A stretch of 26,111 nt of DNA, taken from IMG/VR virus record IMGVR_UViG_3300020045_001876, positions 1 to 26,111 of that record. One strand, 5' to 3'. This document shows, one piece after another, positions 17,832 to 25,745 of the stretch; within the stretch, counting starts at the first letter, position 1, and every line of letters starts with the position of its first letter. This stretch comes from a virus. Lineage: Duplodnaviria; Caudoviricetes. The position numbers and the translations under genes were made by a program. Under the pieces are notes generated by a model. The model ran no database searches and was not told the DNA's origin. It worked only from the letters and a program-made list of their open reading frames with translations.

Positions 17832-18816
17832 ATTCGATGTTTTTTATTTTTCCGGTTTCTAAAAATATTTCCATATCCTTTTTTACCACCCCTGTCCCCC
17901 GTATTGTCCGAGTGTCAAGAATTTCATTCCTCCCATCCCAAAGTAAATCCCAATCTATACCAGCCCAGCCATCATTCTGCACCACTGAAATATCCTCATA
18001 TTGCCGGTCAATGTAATAACCAAGGTAACGTCCGTTACGTGTTCTGAAAGTCTTCTTGAAAGCGCACAACGTCGTTTCTAATAGGAACATATCACATTTC
18101 AGCTTTGGGAACTTTTCGGTAACCCTGTTGATTATCTCAAAAGAAACATTATCCAGAATTCCTGTTATTTCTTTATCCTTATACAGAGTTTTATCCCCGA
18201 CAAGATTATCCAAAGCTGCAGCGTAGCAAAGTCCGTCCCTTTGGGTGTGAGTGTTCTGATCATTCAATAAAAGATCCTTTGGTTTTATATTTACGTCGCA
18301 AGTTTCTTTCAAAGTTTGCAAGTAAAACCAACTTGAATACCGGCCAAACTTGAAAAAGTTCTTTACAACGTAATCAAACAGATTATCGAAATTAGCCTCA
18401 GGGTCTTGGCTGAAACATTGTTTATGGAAGAATTCTTCTTGGGAATTACTATTCCTATAAATATTATCTCGATAGGATTCAAACATTTTAGGTAAATGAC
18501 CCTTCTGCCATTTCTGATCAGATTGGTACCTCAACCTTTTATAGTTCTCATTATTCCATTCTGTTAGCCTTGTCAAGTCTACATTCTCGAAATCTGGGAA
18601 TTCATTTGCTATTACCCAAGCTGTTGCCAACTGATAAGTATTGCCAAACAACCAAGCCATCCAGTAACGCTGTTCAATATTCAATTCCATTCTACGGTGA
18701 ATATAGTTCATAAGGAACATTGCGGAATCACAATCATACGTCTTCAGAGACCATACGAAATACCTTTCTAAGTATTCCATACGTGTTTCATAATTCTCAA
18801 TTCTGTAATCTTTCAT
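17821..18816 (-). CDS. aGPT-Pplase2 family / amino acid:DNA transferase-like protein
   Basis: EQRYWMAWLFGNTY, HhH-like KFGRYSSWFYLQTL, ETTLCAFKK, RYLGYYIDR and a C-terminal W..LWDGR. Confidence 0.78.
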   Translation of the reverse strand: MKDYRIENYETRMEYLERYFVWSLKTYDCDSAMFLMNYIHRRMELNIEQRYWMAWLFGNTYQLATAWVIANEFPDFENVDLTRLTEWNNENYKRLRYQSDQKWQKGHLPKMFESYRDNIYRNSNSQEEFFHKQCFSQDPEANFDNLFDYVVKNFFKFGRYSSWFYLQTLKETCDVNIKPKDLLLNDQNTHTQRDGLCYAAALDNLVGDKTLYKDKEITGILDNVSFEIINRVTEKFPKLKCDMFLLETTLCAFKKTFRTRNGRYLGYYIDRQYEDISVVQNDGWAGIDWDLLWDGRNEILDTRTIRGTGVVKKDMEIFLETGKIKNIEYVY

Positions 18817-19523
18817 AATTCAACCTTCCCGTAATATTCAGAACAATCTGTTTTCGTTTGGTTATCAACCCAATCCTGATCTGGTAATGATTTGAACACC
18901 CCTTCTTGATCTATAGAATAAATGATTCCGGCTTCGCATTTTATACATAAAACTGACAGGCCAAAAGTCCTTAGCAATATGTCCTTAGTTGAAGCAATGT
19001 AGTAAGTTCCTTCGAAATTTGTGTACCATAACGGCCTGAACCCATTCCGGAAGAAATAAAAATCTTTTGGTTTCAATACAATTGCTGCCACACTTTTATC
19101 CTTGAATTCATCTATAGGCTCATCGCCAGCTTCAATGCTTCTTAGAATTAGTTCTGAATCATTTCCAGTTGCACATTTGTAACCAAAATCCTTCAGCCAA
19201 AACTCCGGAGCTTCCTGCGAAATAACACCGTTATGCACAATGGAAACATCTTCACTAGAAATTGGTTGATTAAACCTAAGGTCAGAAGTTGAATACCTGC
19301 AATGGCCTATTACCCTTAACTCATCAGGCAATGCTGACAAATTAAAGGTATTGACAAATTCTTTAGCGGGTATTGGGAACTTAACAGTATGTAGAATGCC
19401 ATCCTCAATAAAACTAATGCCGGTTGCGTGCTTTCCTCTTATTTGAGATTCCTCGAACAACCTTCTGATATAGAATAATACCGATTCAGACATTTTACCG
19501 TATACCCCAATTACTGCACACAT
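18813..19523 (-). CDS. class II (Ntn-hydrolase) glutamine amidotransferase, stand-alone
   Basis: N-terminal nucleophile Cys2 (MCAVIG), RGKHATG, GHCRYSTS, NQPI, HNGVI, NDSE and RPL. Confidence 0.88.
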   Translation of the reverse strand: MCAVIGVYGKMSESVLFYIRRLFEESQIRGKHATGISFIEDGILHTVKFPIPAKEFVNTFNLSALPDELRVIGHCRYSTSDLRFNQPISSEDVSIVHNGVISQEAPEFWLKDFGYKCATGNDSELILRSIEAGDEPIDEFKDKSVAAIVLKPKDFYFFRNGFRPLWYTNFEGTYYIASTKDILLRTFGLSVLCIKCEAGIIYSIDQEGVFKSLPDQDWVDNQTKTDCSEYYGKVEL

Positions 19524-20218
19524 TACTGGAAGTTTTCGAAATTGTTTATACTGACGTAATCGAAGTCTTTTGTGAACTTAATGAAATCATCGATGTCGGC
19601 TTTACTTGAACCAATGAATCTTAAGAACTTAACCCCCAAATCTTCAATAGGTGCATCGAACTGATTCACAAATACTTCACATTCAATATGTTTCTGATCT
19701 TCAAGTGACCAAATTGATTCTGCAATGAAGGATGAATTCTTATCCCACATTGTAGCTTTAGTTGGAACTTTACCGCTTCTGAATGTGATCCTATCGAGAT
19801 AATCCTGTTTATCAGCGTAATTGTAATACTGAATGAAAATCTTTTCAAACCCCAATTCTTCATGTAGGAACTTTGGCCTTAGCCTATTCGTTTGTGTTAC
19901 TCCGGCTCCTTCAACAAATAATGTGTAATTCTTATTATCCCCAAGAAATTCGCTGAAGTATTCAGACTTCATGAAACAGGAAGTTACAGAATCGTAACCC
20001 TGCCACCGTTCTACATTCCCAGATTTATAGAACTTACCAAGAAATACTAAGTTGAGATCTTTATACAAAATACCAACAATACGGTCTTTACCCTCTTTGT
20101 TGATATAATGAAAATCTTCGTGTTCACAACCTAAAAATTCAAGGTATTTTATAATCTGGAAAACTCTGGAAGATTTTCCACTTCCAGAGATACCCTTTAC
20201 TACGAAAATTCCACCCAT
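19523..20218 (-). CDS. P-loop nucleotide kinase, probable 5-hmdU DNA kinase
   Basis: Walker A GISGSGKS at the N-terminus, then LGKFY...WQGYDS and VEG, as in kinases of phage thymidine-hypermodification clusters. Likely start 20218 (MGGIF); the ORF track gives 20257. Confidence 0.7.
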   Translation of the reverse strand: MGGIFVVKGISGSGKSSRVFQIIKYLEFLGCEHEDFHYINKEGKDRIVGILYKDLNLVFLGKFYKSGNVERWQGYDSVTSCFMKSEYFSEFLGDNKNYTLFVEGAGVTQTNRLRPKFLHEELGFEKIFIQYYNYADKQDYLDRITFRSGKVPTKATMWDKNSSFIAESIWSLEDQKHIECEVFVNQFDAPIEDLGVKFLRFIGSSKADIDDFIKFTKDFDYVSINNFENFQ

Positions 20219-20220
20219 AT

Positions 20221-20955
20221 TTATTTTTTTAACGAAACGAATTTTGGGACACGGCACATTACTTTCTTATCTTCCATTTTGATCTTGTAATATGGAACCT
20301 TCTTGTCGTTGTAGTTCAAGGAAACTATTGTCCCTTCAGCGGTAGTATTGTCAAGCTTCAAAACTGAAACGGCTGTTCCTGCTGCAAAATATTCGCCTGA
20401 ATCTTCGATTTCAACTTTAGGATCCTTTGGAGGCTTTGGCACAGATGAAGTTGTCGTTGAAGGTTTTTCCACCTTGTCAACCGGCACAGCTAAGATGAGT
20501 TTCAATTCTGCGTCGCTCAATTTTGTGATTTTACGGGCACGAGTGATAAGAATAATTTTTGCTAAACCTACTGAACCTTTTTTGAACAGTGCCATGTGAG
20601 CAGTTACTTTTTCTGGCATAGACATGGTTTTCAATTCGGCCTTGTCCAGAAGTTCCTGTTCTTCTTTTGTTAATGGGGTTTCATCCTCGAAAACTGTAAC
20701 ACCACTTTCTTCAGATACTGGTTCAGGGGATTCTTCACCTGAAGAATCAGCTACTTCGTCCACTGAGGGAACAGGCTGGCCAACTTTTGCAAGTTCGATT
20801 TTACCCTCAATGGTTGTCATCCACTTTGATACATCCTGACCACGGTCGGAAAGAATTTGGACACAAGCACTTTTCTCAACTCCGGTCAATTTTTCAACTT
20901 TTTTTAACAGATCAGCAGTTCCTAATTTTTTGAATTTTTTTAATGAATTTTCCAT
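20221..20955 (-). CDS. hypothetical protein (basic N-terminus, acidic/Pro-Ser-rich linkers, possible C-terminal SH3/KOW-like barrel)
   Basis: 244 aa ORF directly after a promoter. The C-terminal FAAGTAVSV...EGTIVSL...YYKIKMEDKKVMCR has a small beta-barrel pattern. Confidence 0.7.
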   Translation of the reverse strand: MENSLKKFKKLGTADLLKKVEKLTGVEKSACVQILSDRGQDVSKWMTTIEGKIELAKVGQPVPSVDEVADSSGEESPEPVSEESGVTVFEDETPLTKEEQELLDKAELKTMSMPEKVTAHMALFKKGSVGLAKIILITRARKITKLSDAELKLILAVPVDKVEKPSTTTSSVPKPPKDPKVEIEDSGEYFAAGTAVSVLKLDNTTAEGTIVSLNYNDKKVPYYKIKMEDKKVMCRVPKFVSLKK

Positions 20956-20992
20956 TTTTAGCTTTTAAAGGATTTATGTTTTATTTTCGATT

Positions 20993-21024
20993 CAAATATA
21001 AAACTTATATTTGGACTATACAAC
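20993..21024 (-). promoter_or_regulatory. Bacteroidota-type promoter overlapping a perfect 9-bp inverted repeat
   Basis: Minus strand GTTG-N20-TATATTTG; + strand CAAATATAA-AAC-TTATATTTG at 20993-21013. Confidence 0.72.
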
Positions 21025-21046
21025 TTATATCTGAATTATTTTTAAT

Positions 21047-21481
21047 TTATTTTTTACCTGTATGTCCAAACCCTCCTGCACCACGGTCTGTAGATTCCAA
21101 TACTTCAACATTATCCCACCGGATATGTTCATGTCGAGAAATAACCATCTGGCAAATACGGTCTCCGGATTCAATCTTGAACGGCTCCACTGACAGATTG
21201 ACAAGGATAACACCAATTTCACCCCTGTAGTCGGCATCGATTGTTCCTGGGCTGTTTAACACTGATATGCCATTTTTCAATGCCAAACCACTCCTAGGCC
21301 TAATCTGTGCTTCAAACCCTTCAGGTAATTCAATGAACAGCCCAGTCGGAACTAATACTCTTTTTAATGGGTCAATCCAAATTGGGGCAACAATGTTAGC
21401 ACGTAAATCCATTCCGGCTGATTGTGCTGTTGCATACTCCGGTGTAGGGTTTGTTGATTTGTTTACAATTTTTACATTCAT
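21047..21481 (-). CDS. dut: trimeric dUTP diphosphatase
   Basis: All five motifs are present: [39 protein letters not shown]. Confidence 0.97.
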   Translation of the reverse strand: MNVKIVNKSTNPTPEYATAQSAGMDLRANIVAPIWIDPLKRVLVPTGLFIELPEGFEAQIRPRSGLALKNGISVLNSPGTIDADYRGEIGVILVNLSVEPFKIESGDRICQMVISRHEHIRWDNVEVLESTDRGAGGFGHTGKK

Positions 21482-21493
21482 GGTTTCTACTTA

Positions 21494-21925
21494 TTATTGT
21501 TTATCTAAAAAATCTGTGAATTCTTTGGCATTACAAATCTGACCGGCAATCTTCCTCAATTGTAACCAATCTTTCATTCGGTTGATTGACTTCTTTTCTT
21601 TTACAATGTGGCTTACCGTTGAGATAAGAACCCCATCTGCAGTAATATCAGTAACTACCAATTCCTTTTTCACAAAGATGTCAACCTTTACATCATTCAT
21701 CATAAATATAAACCCTTTCTCTTTGTAATTGAATTGAGTTTTAGCTGGAAAATCAGCTGCCATCCGGTTCATAATGTTCAAAGCCTCTTCTGTAGGGTTC
21801 ACAACAATGATATCTAAATCCCCTACTTTATCAGATAAACCGAATTTATTAAGGGCATAAGACCCTGTTACGACGAACTGCTCACATGGCAGTAAAGTTT
21901 TCAATGTTTTAATGATATCTCTCAT
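21494..21925 (-). CDS. minimal nucleotidyltransferase (Pol beta superfamily) domain protein
   Basis: VTGSYAL...GDLDIIV (hG[GS]...DxD), a third acidic residue in KVDIF, and C-terminal RMKD. Confidence 0.65.
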   Translation of the reverse strand: MRDIIKTLKTLLPCEQFVVTGSYALNKFGLSDKVGDLDIIVVNPTEEALNIMNRMAADFPAKTQFNYKEKGFIFMMNDVKVDIFVKKELVVTDITADGVLISTVSHIVKEKKSINRMKDWLQLRKIAGQICNAKEFTDFLDKQ

Positions 21926-21928
21926 GAT

Positions 21929-23794
21929 TTACAAATTATTAATAGTGATTACTGATATTCCTAATTTCTTTGCTTCTACGGCCTTATTAGAACTCATTGT
22001 TTTTTCGCTGTTATCCTTAACAACTAACAAAGTAGTGTTCTTAGAGACCCCAGACACCACTTCTCCACCCTGTTGTTTGATTTCCTGTTCTTGTTCCTTT
22101 GTTGGGCGACATCCGGTGAAACAAATTTTCTGGCTGGCATACTTGTCACCTGTTGCCACTACTTTTGGAGTTTCTATATAAGAAATCTTTACAGGCAATT
22201 CTGAGAATTTTTCACCCCTGTACCAACCAGCACGAAAGATCAATGCTGTAGTCTCTGCAACTCCGTTAATTTTAATCATATCTTCTATGTCAAAACTTTT
22301 CCCCCAGCAGTTGTCAAGAATCAACTGAATTGTTTTTTGTCCAAGTTTCCCAGCCATCACGTCAAGAGAATCAAGAATTTGAGCATAAGGTTTTCCGGTT
22401 GACTTTAATGTTTCAAATTGGTTTAATAATGATGCTGAGGATTTTATCCCAAATCCTTCAACTAATAACAGTTCTTCAACATCCAAATTTAAAATCTTCT
22501 CTATTGTATCAAACCCTGCATTGTACAAACGAATGATTGACGGCTCCCCGAATTCCTCAATTTCTAAAGTTGCAAAGAAGTGAGTTAGTTTTGCTATTTT
22601 CTTGTCACGGCATTCAGGGTTAGTGCAAACTAATTCAACCTTTGTTTCATCCCAACAAGTCTGGTGGTCACAACATGGGCAAGTTGCTATTTCGTCCATC
22701 AACATTTCCCGTTGATTCCTGTCTGAAGATATTGTTTCAATATGTTTAGGAATAACATCCCCTGAACGTATGATTTTGATAACTGAATCAATGGCGATTT
22801 TTTGATCAATAATGTAAGCTGCATTGTATCCAGTGATGTTTGAAATCATCACCTCTCCAACTTCTGTTGGGGCAATCTGAATTACCGGTTTTAGTTTACC
22901 TTGTTTAGATACTTGCCAAGTAATACCTGTAACAGTAACAACGGCTGAACCGCTCCATTCTGGGTTCTTGTATGCCACTGCATAAGCCGGATTCATGTTT
23001 TCTTCCCTACCCAATTCTTCTCTTTTGTCAGCATCATCAACATCAATGACAATTCCGTCAATCTTATAATCGGCTGACCACAGTTTATAAAGATCATCCA
23101 ATTTTTCTTCAGTAAGAAGATTCAAGCTGGTGGGGCAAGAAGGGACAAAAATCACATTCATACGGTTCAAATCACTTAGTTGTTCACTTTTATCCACTCC
23201 ATTCTGATCTGACCCGTAACGGATATAATCGACCTCCTGTAAAGGCATTGTTGTAATATCCCTGTTAAACAATCCGGCTACAAAGTTCCTTGCATTAGCG
23301 AACTCTTCTGAATATTTAATGAATGCCTTCTTAGGCATAATTGCTTCCCCGAAGGTAAACATTTCGCACAGGTCATTATTGCTGCCTCTCAATTTATTGA
23401 AATGCCATTTTGAATTTTGACCAACTTCACCGTCCCCACGAGTCCAACAATGTTTATTGCTTTCGTCTACCACAAGGGAAATCCCATCGTATTTCGGGGT
23501 CAAAATAAGTTTTTCGTGCTGTTTAATCCCTTTAGCTTTAGCCCATGCTTTAATCTCGTCAAGGGATTTGCATTTTTCAAGACTGAACATAGGAATTGGG
23601 AGTTGTTCTTTTCGGGAAGTTTTGCCGGCCTTTTCAATAACACCTTTTTTGAGTAAAAAAGATTCAGGGTAATTTAACCGGAGTTGATCGAGTAATGCAT
23701 CATACCCTGCATCGTCAATAATTGGAGACCCTTCTCTGTATTTTCTGTTTGCTTCTTCTATAAAACTTTCGATTTGTTTCTGTGATTGCAGCAT
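21929..23794 (-). CDS. ligA: NAD-dependent DNA ligase
   Basis: Y..G.PIIDDAGYD (domain Ia), PMFSLEK, adenylation motif KYDG, TRGDG, NARNFVAG, DGIVI, AYK, RSGDVIP, zinc finger CPCC...CTNPEC, HhH region and C-terminal BRCT. Confidence 0.95.
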   Translation of the reverse strand: MLQSQKQIESFIEEANRKYREGSPIIDDAGYDALLDQLRLNYPESFLLKKGVIEKAGKTSRKEQLPIPMFSLEKCKSLDEIKAWAKAKGIKQHEKLILTPKYDGISLVVDESNKHCWTRGDGEVGQNSKWHFNKLRGSNNDLCEMFTFGEAIMPKKAFIKYSEEFANARNFVAGLFNRDITTMPLQEVDYIRYGSDQNGVDKSEQLSDLNRMNVIFVPSCPTSLNLLTEEKLDDLYKLWSADYKIDGIVIDVDDADKREELGREENMNPAYAVAYKNPEWSGSAVVTVTGITWQVSKQGKLKPVIQIAPTEVGEVMISNITGYNAAYIIDQKIAIDSVIKIIRSGDVIPKHIETISSDRNQREMLMDEIATCPCCDHQTCWDETKVELVCTNPECRDKKIAKLTHFFATLEIEEFGEPSIIRLYNAGFDTIEKILNLDVEELLLVEGFGIKSSASLLNQFETLKSTGKPYAQILDSLDVMAGKLGQKTIQLILDNCWGKSFDIEDMIKINGVAETTALIFRAGWYRGEKFSELPVKISYIETPKVVATGDKYASQKICFTGCRPTKEQEQEIKQQGGEVVSGVSKNTTLLVVKDNSEKTMSSNKAVEAKKLGISVITINNL

Positions 23795-23813
23795 GATTAA
23801 AATTTGTTAAATG

Positions 23814-24158
23814 TTACGATTTTAATTTTAATAATTCAATTCTGATTCTTTTTAACTTCAGTTCATCTCCTTTTATAGAGTCAGACAAAAGTGAATACAT
23901 TTTTTGCCTTTTTTGTGAAACAAGATTCAGTTTATCTCTTCCGAGACATTTCAGATAAATTCTTTCCTGATCCTCAAGGTAAGAAATTTTGAATTCCTTA
24001 GATTCAACGAAATCTGACCCAAAAAGTTTCTTTGCTGTTTCTATTCTTAATTCTTCGAAAGACAAGCTTGAATCCTTTAACCCCAATTCAGAAAGAAATT
24101 GAGAACGATAAGAAAAGACTTCGAAGAATTCCGGTAATGTGATGTTTGCAGTTAGCAT
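23814..24158 (-). CDS. hypothetical protein
   Basis: 114 aa ORF preceded by the conserved promoter motif. Confidence 0.7.
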   Translation of the reverse strand: MLTANITLPEFFEVFSYRSQFLSELGLKDSSLSFEELRIETAKKLFGSDFVESKEFKISYLEDQERIYLKCLGRDKLNLVSQKRQKMYSLLSDSIKGDELKLKRIRIELLKLKS

Positions 24159-24177
24159 AATGTAAGTTTTAAATTCT

Positions 24178-24211
24178 ATTCAAATATAAAACTTATAATT
24201 GGATTAGCATA
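24178..24211 (-). promoter_or_regulatory. Bacteroidota-type promoter, near-identical copy of the 20990-21015 motif
   Basis: ATTCAAATATAAAACTTATAATTGGA (24178-24203) matches 20990-21015 at 25 of 26 positions. Minus-strand TATATTTG ends 22 nt before the ATG at 24158. Confidence 0.72.
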
Positions 24212-24249
24212 GTCTTTTCTCATTTATTTTCAACTATTTTTAAAATACT

Positions 24250-24744
24250 TTAGCCAAAGGTGAAAAAATCTTCAGGAAATAATCTGGCAGCGTTATTATA
24301 ATGAACTGTATGTTCATCTTTATTATCATCTGCAATAACCAATATGCACTGATTCTTGTCATTGTTCAATACCACTCCAAGGATTGTATTCGAATCTACA
24401 ACAAGTTTTACGGAAGTTCCTTTACAGAAGTAGTAGTTACGATCCCATCTTTCCATTGCATTCTTAGTAACCTCATCTTTATAGGTGAAGTTAGGTGTGC
24501 CGAAGTCATTCAAGAAGTCTTTAATGAACTTAGCTTTTACCAATGAATCATTGAAAATTGACGGTAGCCCATTCATAGAACTTATCTTTTCAATCTTCTC
24601 TTTCTTCGCCACACAAATGTTCTTGTAATTTTCAGCGAAATCTTTACAGTGAATCTTACTTCTTAGGAAGTAGGAGATGTACTCTAACTGAAGATTGTAA
24701 TACAATTTACTTAGTGGAATGTCACGTGTCTTTTGAATAGCCAT
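24250..24744 (-). CDS. hypothetical protein
   Basis: 164 aa ORF with a TAATG overlap with the primase stop. Confidence 0.7.
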   Translation of the reverse strand: MAIQKTRDIPLSKLYYNLQLEYISYFLRSKIHCKDFAENYKNICVAKKEKIEKISSMNGLPSIFNDSLVKAKFIKDFLNDFGTPNFTYKDEVTKNAMERWDRNYYFCKGTSVKLVVDSNTILGVVLNNDKNQCILVIADDNKDEHTVHYNNAARLFPEDFFTFG

Positions 24745-25745
24745 TACGATTTTATTTTAGAATTTATTTTTGAGGTATAAAAATACAAATAATTTTCTGC
24801 ATTGTCCAATATTTTTGATAAATAGTTTTTATCCATATTTCCAGGGTCAATCTTAGGATCATCTATGTAACAAACGAACACCTCGAAATACTTTGAAAGT
24901 TCCATAGAATACTGTTTACTTTGTTGAATTGTCCCCTCATCGTACATCAAGTATATGGTCTTAACATTGCTTTTACGTAACTCATAAATCTGTGGTTCTG
25001 AAAATTTATTACCGAAGGTGAACAATACCTTCAATTCTTCGTATTCATTTGTCTTTAGGATGTTCGAAATATTAGTTTTATCAAATAAACCTTCCACTGC
25101 TATAACTGTGTGGGTATTATCTGTCAGTTCATCCACACCCCCTAAGATATGGTCAAAATCTGTCCCCGATGAATTCAAATATCTTGGGTGAAGTTTTACT
25201 CCCTCTTCTTTATTCTGCCTTAGGTTTTCTTCATGCCATTCTTTTGTTTGTCTTGAACGTGCCAGCCAACCTACAGTTCTCCGGTTCTGTTTTATTACGA
25301 AGATCAAATAATTGTGCAACCTCTTTTCTAGGAAATGATTTGTTACCCCAACTTCGAATTGTTCGTATTGATAACTTTCGAACCCTCTTTCTCTTAGGTA
25401 CTCATCATTCGTTATATGTTTGAATCCCTTTGGCAATTTAACTTCGGGGAGTTCCTTTGGCTCATATTGATCTCTGCTTATCGTTTTCAGCTTCTTAGTC
25501 AGGCTAATTTCTGTTTCATATATAATAAGGTCACTCTTAGATATACTCTTCAAAAACTTAACTAAGCTATCAGAATGGCCACATTTGAAACAATGAACTA
25601 CCCCTGTTTCTTCAGAAAATAGAATACCGAATTTACCGGCCTTACCACATTCAGTACATACCAAATCTGGAGATCTCATCCACCCTTTTCCTCCAAAGAA
25701 TGTTAGCCCTAAATCATCTATTGTCTTTTCTTTATTAATCTTCAT
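24744..25745 (-). CDS. dnaG: DnaG-like DNA primase (zinc finger + TOPRIM)
   Basis: N-terminal CTEC...HCFKCG zinc-binding domain, YLRERG, PRYLNS, TOPRIM motifs VEGLFD and MYD, and DPG. Confidence 0.85.
   Translation of the reverse strand: MKINKEKTIDDLGLTFFGGKGWMRSPDLVCTECGKAGKFGILFSEETGVVHCFKCGHSDSLVKFLKSISKSDLIIYETEISLTKKLKTISRDQYEPKELPEVKLPKGFKHITNDEYLRERGFESYQYEQFEVGVTNHFLEKRLHNYLIFVIKQNRRTVGWLARSRQTKEWHEENLRQNKEEGVKLHPRYLNSSGTDFDHILGGVDELTDNTHTVIAVEGLFDKTNISNILKTNEYEELKVLFTFGNKFSEPQIYELRKSNVKTIYLMYDEGTIQQSKQYSMELSKYFEVFVCYIDDPKIDPGNMDKNYLSKILDNAENYLYFYTSKINSKIKS

Noticed and set aside
18813-19523. 7-deazaguanine (Gat-QueC) pathway, or housekeeping PurF/GlmS/AsnB
   Set aside because: The GATase is stand-alone with no synthase domain, and no QueC/QueD/QueE/FolE/DpdA genes are seen.
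1573-21237. Short alternative-frame minus-strand ORFs (1573-1758, 3036-3326, 5975-6364, 7105-7383, 9530-9733, 19666-19863, 21025-21237)
   Set aside because: They are nested within or largely overlap longer conserved genes and have no motifs or independent start signals.
1339-25423. All plus-strand ORFs in the track (61-124 aa)
   Set aside because: They lie wholly or mostly antisense to well-supported minus-strand genes, have no recognisable motifs, and show the Ser/Phe/Leu/Ile-rich composition typical of shadow ORFs.
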